From a virus (Duplodnaviria; Caudoviricetes): a stretch of DNA of 64,000 nucleotides. This document shows, piece by piece, positions 19,414 to 31,249 of this stretch; position 1 is the first letter of the stretch, and the number at the start of each line of letters is the position of its first letter. The translations under genes were made by a program, and so were the position numbers. The stretch lies in IMG/VR virus record IMGVR_UViG_3300021181_000004; one strand, given 5' to 3'. Under the pieces are notes generated by a model. It had not been told where the DNA came from, did not search any database, and was given only the letters and a program-made list of their open reading frames with translations.

Positions 19414-21648
19414 TTAGATAGTGCCCATGCTAAAGGAGCTTCCCATCTCGACATCCATCTGACCGGAAGATTCCTTAATGTCGATATCTCCTGCGTTAAT
19501 CGGGTATTCACCTTCCATGTCAAACTCTGCGAGCATTGCATGGCCATCCTTCGGGGCACCATCAGCAATCTTGTGATTGCTGGCCTGCCGTTCCATACCA
19601 GGAAAGGACAATAGTGTTCCTCCTGTTAACCCGCAGTGCATTCCTTGGCGGAAAACGCAGGTGGCACATTTGCTCGCGCCCACGATTGCGTTCTGTACTC
19701 CTAACTTCTGTTTCAAAAACCGACAATCGATTTGAGACAACGCAATTTTGGTGCTGTTCTTCTTCAAACCTGCGATGAACTGTTTTACAGCGTCCCCTGC
19801 TTGTACGGAGCCGATCTTTCGGGCTGCTGCATTGTAGATCTTTTCGATTGTGTGCCCTTTTTTATGGAGAGCTTCTACCGTCGATGCATTGAAGCTGACC
19901 TGCTGCTCTTTCGCTGATGTCTTTCGGTTGTACTTATCCTGTACTGCCGCAATACTGCTTTGGCGAAATTCGGAACTCGGTAGAGTTTGTTCTGCACGAA
20001 CTAACTGACCACCCGTTTGTTCACCTGCTGTCTTTCCACGCAGCTTGGTTGCCTGCTTACGTTCTATTTCACGCTGTACGATGCGTATAAGAGCCGCTTC
20101 TTTATGAGCCTTTGGAACCCCTGCTGTCATTCTATTGAGGGAAGAACGAAGCTCCCCAGCCCATTCTCCAACTTTAGTCTTAAGTCGTTCGTAGGATTCA
20201 GGCTGCTTGGGCATGAAGTGGTTCGGCTCTAGATTATTAAATCCTAGTAAACCAGACATCTGGTTTAGATATTCTTGAGACATCTGACGATTAAAGAGAG
20301 GCTGATTTTCGGCTGTTTTGATCCTTCTGCCTTTTTTAGAAGCATTCATTGGCTTGCGAGCTTCTTGCGGCATCTTCATTTGTGTGGGCTGCGCCGACTC
20401 TGACAGGTTTATTTCTTCCCAGTCTTTTGTCGCTAATTGCGAAACGTCTACAGGTGTTTGTTGGAGAAGTTGATTGGCTGCTGCAACAGCTTGATTTTTA
20501 TCCTGAATATCTTTACTATACTCACCCTCGATGCCCATTAAAGATACACCTCTGGCGTCTACAATCAAAGTGGCTTTGGATAATGACTGACCTTTTTCAG
20601 GCCCAAATTCCTCAAGTTCTGGCCAATTTATAACCGCCACTTCCCCAATTAAAGGTTCGGTACCATCTGGAAATCTTTCGGCACCTGCAAGGCCGTACCA
20701 ATCTTCCTTGGTAAATGGACGAAGTTTCCCACCCGCGAATGCTGCTTCTGGCGCTTCTACATCGATTGGTCCGGCTGTCTTGGTACTTGCTTCATGCTGT
20801 TCATGCTGTCGAGCTGAATAGGGCGCACCGCATTCTGTGCATTTCTCTTCTTTATTGGGAGTGAATTTGTGGTAACCTTTTGTCCAACCACCTTTGCTGT
20901 CTTCAGAACCTAAAGTGTGGCGATGAGCGGCATCAGAACCGCTTGGAATAGATGGGCCAATTTGGCCTTCTGGTTTATCTTCAGAACGTTGTTTGCCACA
21001 CCATCTACAGGATTCACAGCGTTGCGAATTGGTGTGGGAACAATCTTTACATTTCCAATCAGGAATTTTAGCTTCCTTCGGCCCAGCAGCTAAGTACATC
21101 AATACGCGAGCAATCTTGGACGGGGCATGGCCTTGTTCCAGCAACTTAGTAATGTAGCGCAAGGTAGCCGCATCTGTAACGGGCTTCTGATAGATGTCTT
21201 CCGCTGTATTTCGCGCTTTGTTTGGAGACATGAGTTTCTCCAACTGCACACTGGCATTATCAGCGATCTCATTTACGAAATCGCGATCATGGGCTGCCAT
21301 ACGACTGGTTGTGGTTGGCCCATCGATGCCACTATTCTCATGTGCCTCTTTTGCCTGTCGTTTTTCTTGCGCGGCTGCACGAGCAATTTCTAAACGTTGC
21401 TGCCGATTGGCTACTTCGCGTGCTGGGGCATTAGCGTTGTGGGGTCCCCACACAGGAGTGTTGTGTGAAGTTGCACTTTCGGAAATTTCTTCAATGAAGT
21501 CTTCATCGACATATTTATCGGTGCGCTTGTTCCATTCTTCACCAGAGGCAGCCGCACCTTCAAGATCCAATTCTTCCCATTTTGGGGATCTATCATCCAG
21601 AATTTCATCGATAATGGAGCTGAATACGTGTTTCTTAGTTTCTGCCAT
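19414..21648 (-). CDS. Large modular phage protein (744 aa)
   Basis: Long ORF with K-x-A linkers and Cys-rich modules (CKDC, CESC, CATC...CGLTGG). Confidence 0.55.
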   Translation of the reverse strand: MAETKKHVFSSIIDEILDDRSPKWEELDLEGAAASGEEWNKRTDKYVDEDFIEEISESATSHNTPVWGPHNANAPAREVANRQQRLEIARAAAQEKRQAKEAHENSGIDGPTTTSRMAAHDRDFVNEIADNASVQLEKLMSPNKARNTAEDIYQKPVTDAATLRYITKLLEQGHAPSKIARVLMYLAAGPKEAKIPDWKCKDCSHTNSQRCESCRWCGKQRSEDKPEGQIGPSIPSGSDAAHRHTLGSEDSKGGWTKGYHKFTPNKEEKCTECGAPYSARQHEQHEASTKTAGPIDVEAPEAAFAGGKLRPFTKEDWYGLAGAERFPDGTEPLIGEVAVINWPELEEFGPEKGQSLSKATLIVDARGVSLMGIEGEYSKDIQDKNQAVAAANQLLQQTPVDVSQLATKDWEEINLSESAQPTQMKMPQEARKPMNASKKGRRIKTAENQPLFNRQMSQEYLNQMSGLLGFNNLEPNHFMPKQPESYERLKTKVGEWAGELRSSLNRMTAGVPKAHKEAALIRIVQREIERKQATKLRGKTAGEQTGGQLVRAEQTLPSSEFRQSSIAAVQDKYNRKTSAKEQQVSFNASTVEALHKKGHTIEKIYNAAARKIGSVQAGDAVKQFIAGLKKNSTKIALSQIDCRFLKQKLGVQNAIVGASKCATCVFRQGMHCGLTGGTLLSFPGMERQASNHKIADGAPKDGHAMLAEFDMEGEYPINAGDIDIKESSGQMDVEMGSSFSMGTI

Positions 21649-21657
21649 GATTTATCC

Positions 21658-21987
21658 TTAGAGAGTTAAGTCCTGTAAAACATCCTCGAGGAATCCCATA
21701 GCGTCGTTTTTAGGAGCAGGAGCTATGGAACTTCCATCGTCCACTTCATCAACTACAAGTTTAATTATCTTGTTTCCTCGTACTTGCCAAAATTCGTTGC
21801 GACTAGGACATGCCCATGTATTCCCGGCAACACGCTCCAGCCCTAAACGAGCAATTTTAGATTGTACTTCCGGAGAAATCTTGGTTTCGCTTGAAAAATG
21901 ATTACGATGGATGACTCGACCCTGTTCGCGGGGTTGCGCCAAGCTGTGTGCAGCGAACTTGGGTTCTAGACTAGCAAATTTTCGCAT
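21658..21987 (-). CDS. Hypothetical protein, first gene of the leftward giant-protein operon
   Basis: GAGG RBS; preceded by the AACTTTCTAACCC motif. Confidence 0.6.
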   Translation of the reverse strand: MRKFASLEPKFAAHSLAQPREQGRVIHRNHFSSETKISPEVQSKIARLGLERVAGNTWACPSRNEFWQVRGNKIIKLVVDEVDDGSSIAPAPKNDAMGFLEDVLQDLTL

Positions 21988-22103
21988 CTAGTGTTCCTCT
22001 TCCTTTCATTGTATGGGTTAGAAAGTTAAAAAATCCCAATTCCCACCCCTAAACAGGGACTTTGTTTGTTCCCCAACTTCCGATTGCTATTATTGAGGTC
22101 CGC

Positions 22104-23012
22104 ATGCTTGTAAGAGACATTTTAATTTTTGGTGCTGCATATAACCCTGCTATCGTAGTAAATCCTTTGACGGGATTCTATGATGGCCCCTGGGTTGACA
22201 TTAGCAATTTGGTGGCTTTCTCTGTTCAAGTTTCTAACCCAGGAAGCTCGGCTACGTGGATTGAGGTTTCTAACGATCCTAATGTTCAATCCGATGGACC
22301 CAGTGGCCAACTTGCTGCACCTTCAGCTCCTACTCTTTCTCAATTTACCTATAACACAGGATCTTTAGGAAATACAGGTCAATATCCTCCAGCGGTTGGC
22401 GGCCTACCTGCGCAAGCCTTGAGCATCAAATTGACTTACACAACGCGCAATCAGCTTGTTGTATTACCGACTCCACTCTATAGCTTCGCTGTGGGTGAAA
22501 CACTGCCAAGTGCTGCCAGTGCAATTTCAGTCCTTGCGGGAAATAATTGCCAAGTGACTTCACCCGCTAAGGATGCTCTGGGCGTTGCTACAGGGTATAA
22601 CGTCTATGCTCAACTTGGCGGTTCCGGGCCATATCTTCTCCAAAATGGTCGTGGTGGACCAAATGCCAGCAATGATCAATTTGTTTACGATGGGCCAATT
22701 CCATTAGGTACTCCTTTTATTATGAAAATGGGTTATGTTGCAGGAGGAGTTGCGACTCCAACTTCTGATACATCGGGTGGTCCGAATGCTGGAGTAAACA
22801 TTTTGGGGGCAGCTTCTGGCGAGACCTATTTATCTACTTCAACAGGGTACACAGATTCTCCAATTGCAGTAATCCCAGACAATACTAGCGTTAATGTAAT
22901 TGTGGCTCCATCTAGCATGTGTTGGAAGTGGTTACGAGTTCGAAGTAAGAATTCACCTTCTGGCAGTCCGCCTTCGGGTACGCAGGCTTGGCTAGTGGGT
23001 CAGCATGGATAA
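22104..23012 (+). CDS. Probable virion structural protein (beta-rich)
   Basis: GAGG RBS before ATG 22104; rich in G/P/S/T/V. Confidence 0.55.
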   Translation: MLVRDILIFGAAYNPAIVVNPLTGFYDGPWVDISNLVAFSVQVSNPGSSATWIEVSNDPNVQSDGPSGQLAAPSAPTLSQFTYNTGSLGNTGQYPPAVGGLPAQALSIKLTYTTRNQLVVLPTPLYSFAVGETLPSAASAISVLAGNNCQVTSPAKDALGVATGYNVYAQLGGSGPYLLQNGRGGPNASNDQFVYDGPIPLGTPFIMKMGYVAGGVATPTSDTSGGPNAGVNILGAASGETYLSTSTGYTDSPIAVIPDNTSVNVIVAPSSMCWKWLRVRSKNSPSGSPPSGTQAWLVGQHG

Positions 23013-23194
23013 TAAGGAGATTCTCACCCGCGCAACCTAGAGAGTCTCTTGATTCTCTTCATTAAAGACGGGGATTGGTGGCCGGGGTGAGGGAACAACC
23101 CTCCGCTTGGCCGGACAGGGGTAGGGTCACCACCCTCGCAAGTTTGTAAAAGATTTGAACTTTCTAATTCTCTACTTAGAGGAGCACTAAACTC

Positions 23195-24625
23195 ATGGCT
23201 ACACCAACTTTGCAACCTTTTACAGCGCCTGCAGCATTCCCGAAGTTCACGCCACCCAACACGTCTCTTTATGGTGGTGGTCCTTTCGGTGGAAAGACAG
23301 GCGGGAATAACCCGACTGGGTACGATGCCAACGGCTACAATAAGACACATGCGCATTTAGGTACGTTGCCACAAACCGGGTTAAATGCTGTTCTTCCCAC
23401 TACTGCTACAGTTGGCGATCTTCTCGTCGCAGTTGTCATCGGCAAGAAGAATTTGAACCCGTTCGGCCAGACGTGGGCCACGAGCGAACTCTCACCGTTC
23501 AATGTTTCGGATAATCCGCAGCTGAACACCGCCCAGGCAACTCCGCAACCAGTTCTGAATGATAATGAGGGCAACACATGGTCTCTCGCCACTAGTTCAA
23601 TCAACATCGACCTTCTCGCGACTGAGACCCCGGCATATCAGACTCCAGGTACGGGCTTCCTGTCCTCCAATGCTGCAGCAGAATCAGTTCCTGACTTGGA
23701 TGCCAAGTTTCCCAGCGTTTTTATGTTCTATGCCCCGAACGTCGCAGCGGGAACTCAAAGCCTCAACGTTCGCGCAAATTATCTAACGCAGAACAATTAT
23801 GTTAGATCAGTGGCCACCGTGCCGTGGCTCCAGCAGACAGCTTCACAAGTGGGCTATCTTGTTGGTGATCCTATTACGGTCGTTGGCGTAAACGGTACGT
23901 ACCCTCATCAGCAAACCTACACCACGTATGTTTGCATTAAGGCCAACCCCGTTGTGACTACGGGGTCGCCACCAGTCACTGAAAGCCAGCCGTACACGAA
24001 CGCGACGTACTGGTCTACAGTTTCTAATGTTAAGACAGATGCACGTTTTGCAAGTAATGCAGGCGAGCAGGTCTTTAGCGGGTTGGATGTTCTGCTCTTT
24101 GATTTCTCGGGGGTGGCGGCTTCAACTCCTCTGGAAAGTGCATCTTCTGCTATTGCAGCTACCAACCCAGTTACCACGGCAGTCACCACAGGTGAAACAG
24201 GTGACTTGCTCATCGCTGTTGGCCTACAAGTTGATGGTAATGAGTTTGATCCGGTTGCTGATGGTTCTCCGCCAGAAGGTTGGACTGTTATTGCTCAGGG
24301 TAAGCTCACTGGTTCTGAACAGCACTTTGTTGTGATGTATCAAGTCACGGGAACTGCTGGTACCTATAATGCAGGTTTCTTGAATCCTTCTACTCGTACT
24401 GTAGTTGGATACGGACTCGGGGATTCGCAGATCGCCAACCAGGGGTCTACTCCATCCGATCCTGGTGCAACCACAATCACCAGTAACGGACCGGGTTTCT
24501 CCGGTTATGCTGCTGGATACAACCAGCAAAGCGGCACACTTGGCGGGTATGCCAAGCCAGGAACCGCTCCTGTGCTGCAAGGTTACAAGATTGCAGTTTT
24601 GGCCGCTGCTTTCAAACACAGCTAA
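23195..24625 (+). CDS. Probable virion structural/decoration protein
   Basis: GAGGAG RBS; T/G/A/P-rich beta-type sequence; followed by a terminator. Confidence 0.55.
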   Translation: MATPTLQPFTAPAAFPKFTPPNTSLYGGGPFGGKTGGNNPTGYDANGYNKTHAHLGTLPQTGLNAVLPTTATVGDLLVAVVIGKKNLNPFGQTWATSELSPFNVSDNPQLNTAQATPQPVLNDNEGNTWSLATSSINIDLLATETPAYQTPGTGFLSSNAAAESVPDLDAKFPSVFMFYAPNVAAGTQSLNVRANYLTQNNYVRSVATVPWLQQTASQVGYLVGDPITVVGVNGTYPHQQTYTTYVCIKANPVVTTGSPPVTESQPYTNATYWSTVSNVKTDARFASNAGEQVFSGLDVLLFDFSGVAASTPLESASSAIAATNPVTTAVTTGETGDLLIAVGLQVDGNEFDPVADGSPPEGWTVIAQGKLTGSEQHFVVMYQVTGTAGTYNAGFLNPSTRTVVGYGLGDSQIANQGSTPSDPGATTITSNGPGFSGYAAGYNQQSGTLGGYAKPGTAPVLQGYKIAVLAAAFKHS

Positions 24626-24662
24626 ACTGCCTTCCCCTGGACCCAGGGTAATGGGTCAAATC

Positions 24663-24697
24663 ATCCGGTCAGCTTGTATCAGTGGCCGGATTTTTGT
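24663..24697 (+). terminator. Intrinsic terminator
   Basis: ATCCGGTCA/TGGCCGGAT stem followed by TTTTGTT. Confidence 0.7.
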
Positions 24698-24884
24698 TGC
24701 CTAATAATTATCATCTTCTTATTTTTGAAGTATTTAAAGTTGAAGGATTTAAAACACACCTTCGGTTCTGTAAGTTAGATACTAAGATTTTCTCAGGAAT
24801 AATGAGTTTTTGCTCATAAGATTAAATCTCGGTAATTTGAGATGGAATTAAGGAGAAACGACGTAAGTCGTTGAAACAAACCAC

Positions 24885-25619
24885 TTGGAAAACACACCAT
24901 ATTTTGAGGCAGTTTGTGGAGCTCGCGCGATGCACCTTACTGAGGAAGAAGCTCTGGAAGGAAACATTACAATTTCACAAGAAACACAGTTGGATCAAAA
25001 GGAGCAGAAGAAATTTGCTTACATTCAAGATAATTTCGCCAACTTTGTCAAAGTTCTTCGCCATCTCAAAGAAGAAGATCAAGAGATGCTTCTGTCATAT
25101 TATGTTTTAGCGAAGACGCAAAACACGCTAGCTCTAATACATAAGTCAACTCAGACAGTGTGTTCTTCCCAGATTCGAATGGCATTTAAAACTTTGGGAG
25201 CATTTTTAATGATGGGTGAACCCACCGTAGAAAAAATGCATGAAATCTTGACGGCAGCTGGTTTGGAAAATTCTATCCCTAAAATCGAATTGAGTAGAAT
25301 CATTGATCTATATATCAAAACTCATAATTTTCAAAAGATTGCAGACATGCATCGTTTGCATCGTCCAAATATTCGTCGAGCCATGAGTCGAGCGAGCAAA
25401 CAATTGATGGAATCCAAAGATGGGAATCAGCATGCTTTAGGAGCGTATATTCATTCTTTGATTGATAAAGCTAATCCAGCGGGGCAAGGATTCAGTAAAA
25501 GGAAATTGCAGAAGCAGTGCCACTTGTACCGGAGCGATCCAGATTGTCTTGGGGATTTTCGCGTCCGTATAGAAGACCCAGGTTTTTCGCAACTGTTCAT
25601 CAGCCGCGCAAATCGCTAG
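24885..25619 (+). CDS. Sigma-70 region-4-like / double-HTH transcription regulator
   Basis: LKEEDQEMLLSYYVLAKTQNTLA...QTVCSSQI (region 4-like), plus a second HTH NFQKIADMHRLHRPNIRRAM. Confidence 0.55.
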   Translation: MENTPYFEAVCGARAMHLTEEEALEGNITISQETQLDQKEQKKFAYIQDNFANFVKVLRHLKEEDQEMLLSYYVLAKTQNTLALIHKSTQTVCSSQIRMAFKTLGAFLMMGEPTVEKMHEILTAAGLENSIPKIELSRIIDLYIKTHNFQKIADMHRLHRPNIRRAMSRASKQLMESKDGNQHALGAYIHSLIDKANPAGQGFSKRKLQKQCHLYRSDPDCLGDFRVRIEDPGFSQLFISRANR

Positions 25620-25683
25620 AATATTTCCTGACTTTTGGCTGAAGGTGGGCCAAGCCTTTGCAAGGCACACCAGTTGATACTAT

Positions 25684-28600
25684 TTACTTCCTTGGCAGGT
25701 ACTGTGCACAATCTAGATCATTTATACCAGGCTCCCGCTGTGCTTCTGTGCAATCCTGGTACTCACTTTGACTGGGTTGTTTTAAACCCTGCCAGATATC
25801 GTAATTAGAAGTAGCGGAAGCAATCGCGGATTTAGAGCGAGAGCAACGTTCATTTGTTGAGTTTGTTCCCGTGATTAAGATAAAAACTATAAACAAACCC
25901 ACTAACCACAACAATCCCTCAGGCTTCATTGGCTTCATTTTCCTTTCTACCGAAATATTCTTTTTCTTCCACAACTTCGAAATCGTCAAACGGCTCGCTC
26001 ATGGTGTTTCCTTCCCCTGTGACCCAACTACTTTACTTTCGTCATGATCTGAGCTATTGTCTGGATTGTTTCTTCAAATTGCGTCGTGCCGATTCGCTTA
26101 ATGCCAGCGTCTGCACTACCGTCCATATTGGACAACTGCTTACGAATGTACTCTTCCGCAACCTTGTAACGTAGATCATCATGCGAAATTATGCGCTTCT
26201 TACTCATATTTGACCTCATAGGGTGACGGAGCGGGAGGAAGCGCGGACTCGAATGCACTTCTGAAATCAGCTTCATCTAGTTGCCCAATTCTTCCAGATG
26301 AGATGTATTCTTCCTTCAATTTCTTTGCGACTCTAGACAATGTTGCTAAGTTGGCATCCTTCCACTTCCACGCAGAGGCTTTCAGTTCGGCCAGTTCCTT
26401 CTCGGCAGCTTCGGCGCGTTGCTTCCGCCAGTGAAGCGCATTTGCCGCAATGGCAACAACCTCTGACGCGGATTCGCTTGTCCAGCGACGGTCACAGGCA
26501 TCTATTAACGGTTGGAGACCCGCAAAATCCGCCGCAATTACGGTCTGGGCGGGAGAGGCTCCGCAGTAGGCGGTCAACTTAATACATGACCAGCAATTGT
26601 CACAGAATAGTGTGCGATCATAGTCGATGTGTCGTTGCCGGAATTCTGGTGTATATCTATACGGTGCTTCGTTTTTGACAGCCCAATCGCGCTGATCGAG
26701 ACACGTCGATCCTTCTGGATAGCCTTGATAGATTATGTTGCAAGGAAACTCTTTTCTCCATTCCTGTGCGCTCATCTTCGCTGGCGTGCTCTCGGAAAAT
26801 ACATCCTCAACTCGTTGGAATATTTCCTCCTCAGACAATCCTTTCTTCTGCATGGCCGTATGGATTATTTCCCACAAACGTTGCGCTCCGACTATTTGAG
26901 CATTCCTGCTGGGGTCTTGGACGCCTCCGCCCGGAATGGTTGTCGTGTTATCGCGCGGCGTGCTCGTGGAAGCTCTTGGAGGATTGAGGCCAATTACGCG
27001 CTCCATTGCTTCACTTGGGTCGTCGTCAGGCGTGGAAGCTGGCGCGGGGGATGCGGCTCCTTGGCAAGTTGGGCAGCGTTTGCACCGTCGCGTGAACTCT
27101 GTACCGCACTCGGGATGCTCCCCCTTATGACACTCGCAGGCACAACACTCAGAGACATGTGGCTTCGAGCGAGGCGTCTCACTGGAGAGCGTAGCCCCGG
27201 CCTCAACTTTCTGCCAGCCGTGTTCCCGCAACCATTTGCAGAACTGGTCGTCAATCGTCAGCGAGGGATCGGTAAGCATCCGGTGGAATAAGTCAGCTTG
27301 CCCACGTTTGTAATCTTCACTTTGGGGAGCGACCTCTGCCGCGATGCGCTCGGGCTTCGCGTCGTGCCAAGGATTATCGCACTTACTACATTCTCGCGTC
27401 TGCGGCGTATGTGTGAACGTAAACCATCCGTGCTTGGGCATGCGACAAAAGTATTGCGTGCGACTATGGCTTCCGCACGTTGGGCAAATGGCTGTCTCGC
27501 TTTCGGAAGCAACGGCGGGGACGGAGGGCCAGAACGGAACGTGGCACATCGTGCACCGCCAAGAGTCCGAGCAGGTTCCGCCCGGATGCTCAATGCGAAC
27601 GTACTCTACGTTTCTGTGTGCGCAACACGCCTGCGTTCCTCGCTGCGGTACTTCGTTCTTCATGGCTTTTCCTCTTCGATCTCTGGCTGCCAATTCTTGC
27701 AGTTCTGATACTTCGGATGCTCGTTGAGATGTTCCGCGTAGCGAATCACGCTATCCTTCCAGCGTTCGCATCGTCCGTATTGCTGCGGCTTGCTTCCCTT
27801 CTCGCTCGTCTCAGTCAACGCTTTTCTCCATCGCATTTGATCTTTGATGGCACCCATGCCACTTCGCAATCTTGAGGCACTTCTTGTGGAGGAATAACCG
27901 TAGCTCCAATACAGTATGATGGATAGACTTCTATATGGGCTTCTTGCACCATACAGTGTTGTTCAATCCACGGCCCTAACCAAGTATTATCAGTTGGTGG
28001 CGAGACAACACATAACAATGTAACCAATAGCAATCTTTTCATCTTCCTCCAGCTTCTCGGAAATAGCGAAATCATCCTCGATAGCTTTTTGCGCCTCATC
28101 GAAACTGCCAAATGGGCCAAACTTTCGTAGGTGCTTGCCCTGCGATTTGCCTCCAACTCCAGGTTTCAACATACGATAGCCCCAAAAGTTTGATGGAGCT
28201 GTCGGCGAATCAGAACGAACAATCTGCGCGATGATTTGGCCCTGCTCATTTCTAGCCGTAAAATATTGCGAATTAGCGAATGCCTCTGAACTAGTAAAGT
28301 CCATTTCCATAGAGTCTTCATTTCAGTCTCTTCAACTTCGGAGTTTTACAGCGACACCACAACACGGAATTTTGACCGCACTTCTGGCAAACCTTCAAAA
28401 TATTCCGCTTCACGATTCGTCGCGCCATCACTCCTCCTTGCGTTCCCCGGTTATCCGTCGATGTTCTGCCGGGAGTCTCGTATCAGCACTTGCACACGTT
28501 TTATGCGGTTAATTTCGTTCATGGTGGGACTGCCGCACACTGCACTGTTTTAGAAAGCGCCCCTAGGTTTGAAAGTGCCCCAGTAGGTCTTGGAATCCCC

Positions 28601-31249
28601 AAGAATCCCCTGCCACGCTGAGTCAAACTGGCAATTGGGCGAAGCATCCATAAACAGCGGAGCCACTTCTGATGCTGCCCAGCCACCCAGACCGCAACCA
28701 AGTTGTGTGATCTTGAAGGTCAGTTCAGGGTGATGGGCCGCGTAGAGAAGGAAGCATTCCGTATAAAAACGAAGATCTGCTTCAGAGACCTTCACACGAG
28801 GCTCAGAAACTGTTGGGACAGCGAAAGAGTTACCCTGCGGCCCGAAACCTTGGCCGTAAATAGCCCCATAATTGTCCAGTGCAGTCCTAGCCGCGCCTGC
28901 TCCGTGTCTCCCTATACAATTTGAACCAAACACGAAAATTTCCTTCGACGGTGAATCACTTAAACCCAGATTGGCGTCCTGCAGATTTGTGACGTCCTGC
29001 AGATTTGTGACGTCCTGCAGATTTGTGACGTCCTGCAGATTTGTGACGTCCTGCAGATTTGTGACGTCCTGCAGATAGTCGGGTGCACTCGTAAGTAAAT
29101 CCTGAGGATTAACTGCGTGGTCGTTCAGTGGTGTCATATTTTCTCCTATTGAATTCTACTGTGAAATTTCGGCATTCGGGTATTTAGCCTGTAAATTTTT
29201 CAGTTGTTCTTTCTCGCGCTTTTGTACTTCCGCTAACCGTTTAGTTTCATTTTGGAGTTTCTTCTCTGTTTCTTGACGTTGATACTCCACTTCTTTGGCG
29301 TCGGCCATCGATTTTGCCCCCGCTTGAATCTCGTTCTGAACTACGTCGGTGTCCCAATCAGAGTCTGCACCTGTCTCACCATTAAACAAGAAAGTAATAT
29401 CATAACTAGACTCTCCATGACCTCTGTGCATATCCTTGAACAAGAAGTCAGAAAGAAATTTAGCCGCTTCATGGCGATCCATGGTCGACTTGAACTCAAA
29501 TTCTGAGCCGTAACGAGCCGTGACGCAGCCTCGGCAGGTGTCCTCTGAGTCGGATTTGTAAGCAAGAATAGTGATGATCATTTACTTTCCAATTGCTTTC
29601 TCGGGCGTCCCGGCGAGTTCATAACCGATCATGGTGACGGCGGACTCCAACTTTTGCATGGTGTAGAAAAGACCAAGTTCTCCAGCACGGTGTTTTAGCA
29701 GTGCGACTTCGCTGGCAAAATCCTTGCGTTGCTGTGCTTTGGACTTATTCATAGGCGGACTCACTTCGGATGTTGACCTCTATCCCGACTAATCTATTGA
29801 CCTCAGATTTCTCCAGAGGAAACCAATCCGGCTCTGTGAAGTGCCAACCTTTGGCGTCCTTGTAAGAGGATTTAAAGCGGATTAGTGAATATCTCTCACT
29901 AAGGATTCGATCTATACCGTAGTGCTCGATAAGGATGAGATCATACGGTTGAATCTTGTAATCAGAACAGAGTTGTGCGGCGATGTATTCTGCCGCATTG
30001 GTGATACTGAGTCCCTGGTTTTTCTTAAGTTCGGTTACGATAGCGACAGTGAATTTCTCGCCTCCACCCCGAATAAAAAGATCAAGTTGGCAGTGCGCCT
30101 TGGAGCGAAAGTATCCAGGGTACTCGTACCAATTATTGGTGGAAGAGGTCATTGGGTTGACACTTGGGGATAGCCCAAGCATTTCCAGAGTTGGGCCGCT
30201 CGGTATAATGTGGTTTCTGTTGTCACTTTCCATTAGTGTTCACTCCTCTCTTAGGAAGTTCATGTTATCGGCTCCTCAGGTGCGTGGGCACTGTTGCTTC
30301 GTTGTTTAAGTGACGATAGATCAACTGTTGCTTCGTTGTTTAAGTGACGATAGATCAACTGTCCGATCTGCTTGGTCTCACGCTGGTAGAACGTGACATA
30401 AGTCTTGGTCCGCTTGTACTCAGGCAGCTTGGTGTTCAGGATAACTCGCAACGAATACAGATCACCACTGAGCCACCCCTTACGTCCTGCGAGCAGCTGC
30501 TCTGCCCCCTTGCGAACTGCCAGCCAGGGAATCCTTGCAGCCATTACATCCTTTTGTGCTTGAGCCTCTTTTGCGGCTTTCTCTGCTGCCTTACGCTGCT
30601 CCCAGAAATCTGCGTGCGCGTGCTTCATCTTCTCCCAAAGTTCGGGATTGTAAGCCTGAAAGTGATTGATGCACTCAGAGCCAACCGGAGCTGTGCGTCC
30701 ATCCGGGTGATGAATAACGAAAACGTAACGGATGGGATGATCGCAGGTGCACTTGCCGGATGGAATACCAAGATCGATGACCTCACCGTCGAAAGTCCAC
30801 TCGCGAACATCGCCGAGGCGAGTTACAAATTTGCGGACGATTTCTTTGAAAACGTCGGGAGCAGGTCGCATATCTGCACCAGTAAAGTCGTCATCTCGAA
30901 CCTGCTCGGATTCCCAGAAATCCACTTCATTTTGACGTTCCTGGTTGGGCAGGGCGTCTTCTTCAAAAAAGACTTCTAAAAGTCGTTCCTGTTCCATTGT
31001 CTTCCTCCAGATATAAACTACGGAAAAAAGGCAAAATTCGGCTATTCATGTCGGAGTGCCCAATAGTGATACCAGCGCCAACCGGGGATGGCCGGGTAAG
31101 CCGCTTGGTCTTGTCCGTATTGAGCGAATCCGATCTTGTAGCCGTTGTCCAGCCACGCTCGCGCCTGAGCACATAGGAAGCGAATGATCATAGGCAGGGC
31201 CGATCTGACTTGTCCGGGGTCCATAGCGGCAGATAATCAATAAGGCCAA
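25684..31249 (-). CDS. Run of small leftward hypothetical genes (25684-25989, 26028-26276, 26200-27663, 27660-27869, 27990-28310, 29156-29581, 29582-29764, 29745-30233, 30260-30997, 31046-31249)
   Basis: Tightly packed, co-oriented ORFs, several with ATGA overlaps; no recognisable domains apart from Cys-rich stretches. Confidence 0.55.
28550..29137 (-). CDS. Macro-domain-like phage protein (A1S_2505-type) with an N-terminal LQDVTN repeat
   Basis: IFVFGSNxxGRHGAGAA...GQGFGPQGNSFAVPT...FKITQLGCGLGG. Confidence 0.7.
   Translation of the reverse strand: MTPLNDHAVNPQDLLTSAPDYLQDVTNLQDVTNLQDVTNLQDVTNLQDVTNLQDANLGLSDSPSKEIFVFGSNCIGRHGAGAARTALDNYGAIYGQGFGPQGNSFAVPTVSEPRVKVSEADLRFYTECFLLYAAHHPELTFKITQLGCGLGGWAASEVAPLFMDASPNCQFDSAWQGILGDSKTYWGTFKPRGAF
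28975..29076. repeat. 18-bp tandem repeat, about 5.7 identical copies, in frame
   Basis: cgtcctgcagatttgtga repeated without spacers. Confidence 0.97.
30290..30362. repeat. 34-bp tandem duplication that frameshifts the 3' end of 30260-30997
   Basis: actgttgcttcgttgtttaagtgacgatagatca at 30290 and 30324. Confidence 0.95.
31015..31044 (-). promoter_or_regulatory. Phage promoter motif TAGCCGAAT-N15-TAGTTT
   Basis: Same motif and spacing; GGAGG RBS and gene 30997 follow. Confidence 0.7.

Noticed and set aside
28975-29076. 18-bp repeat as a CRISPR array or iteron set
   Set aside because: No spacers; in-frame coding repeat (LQDVTN).
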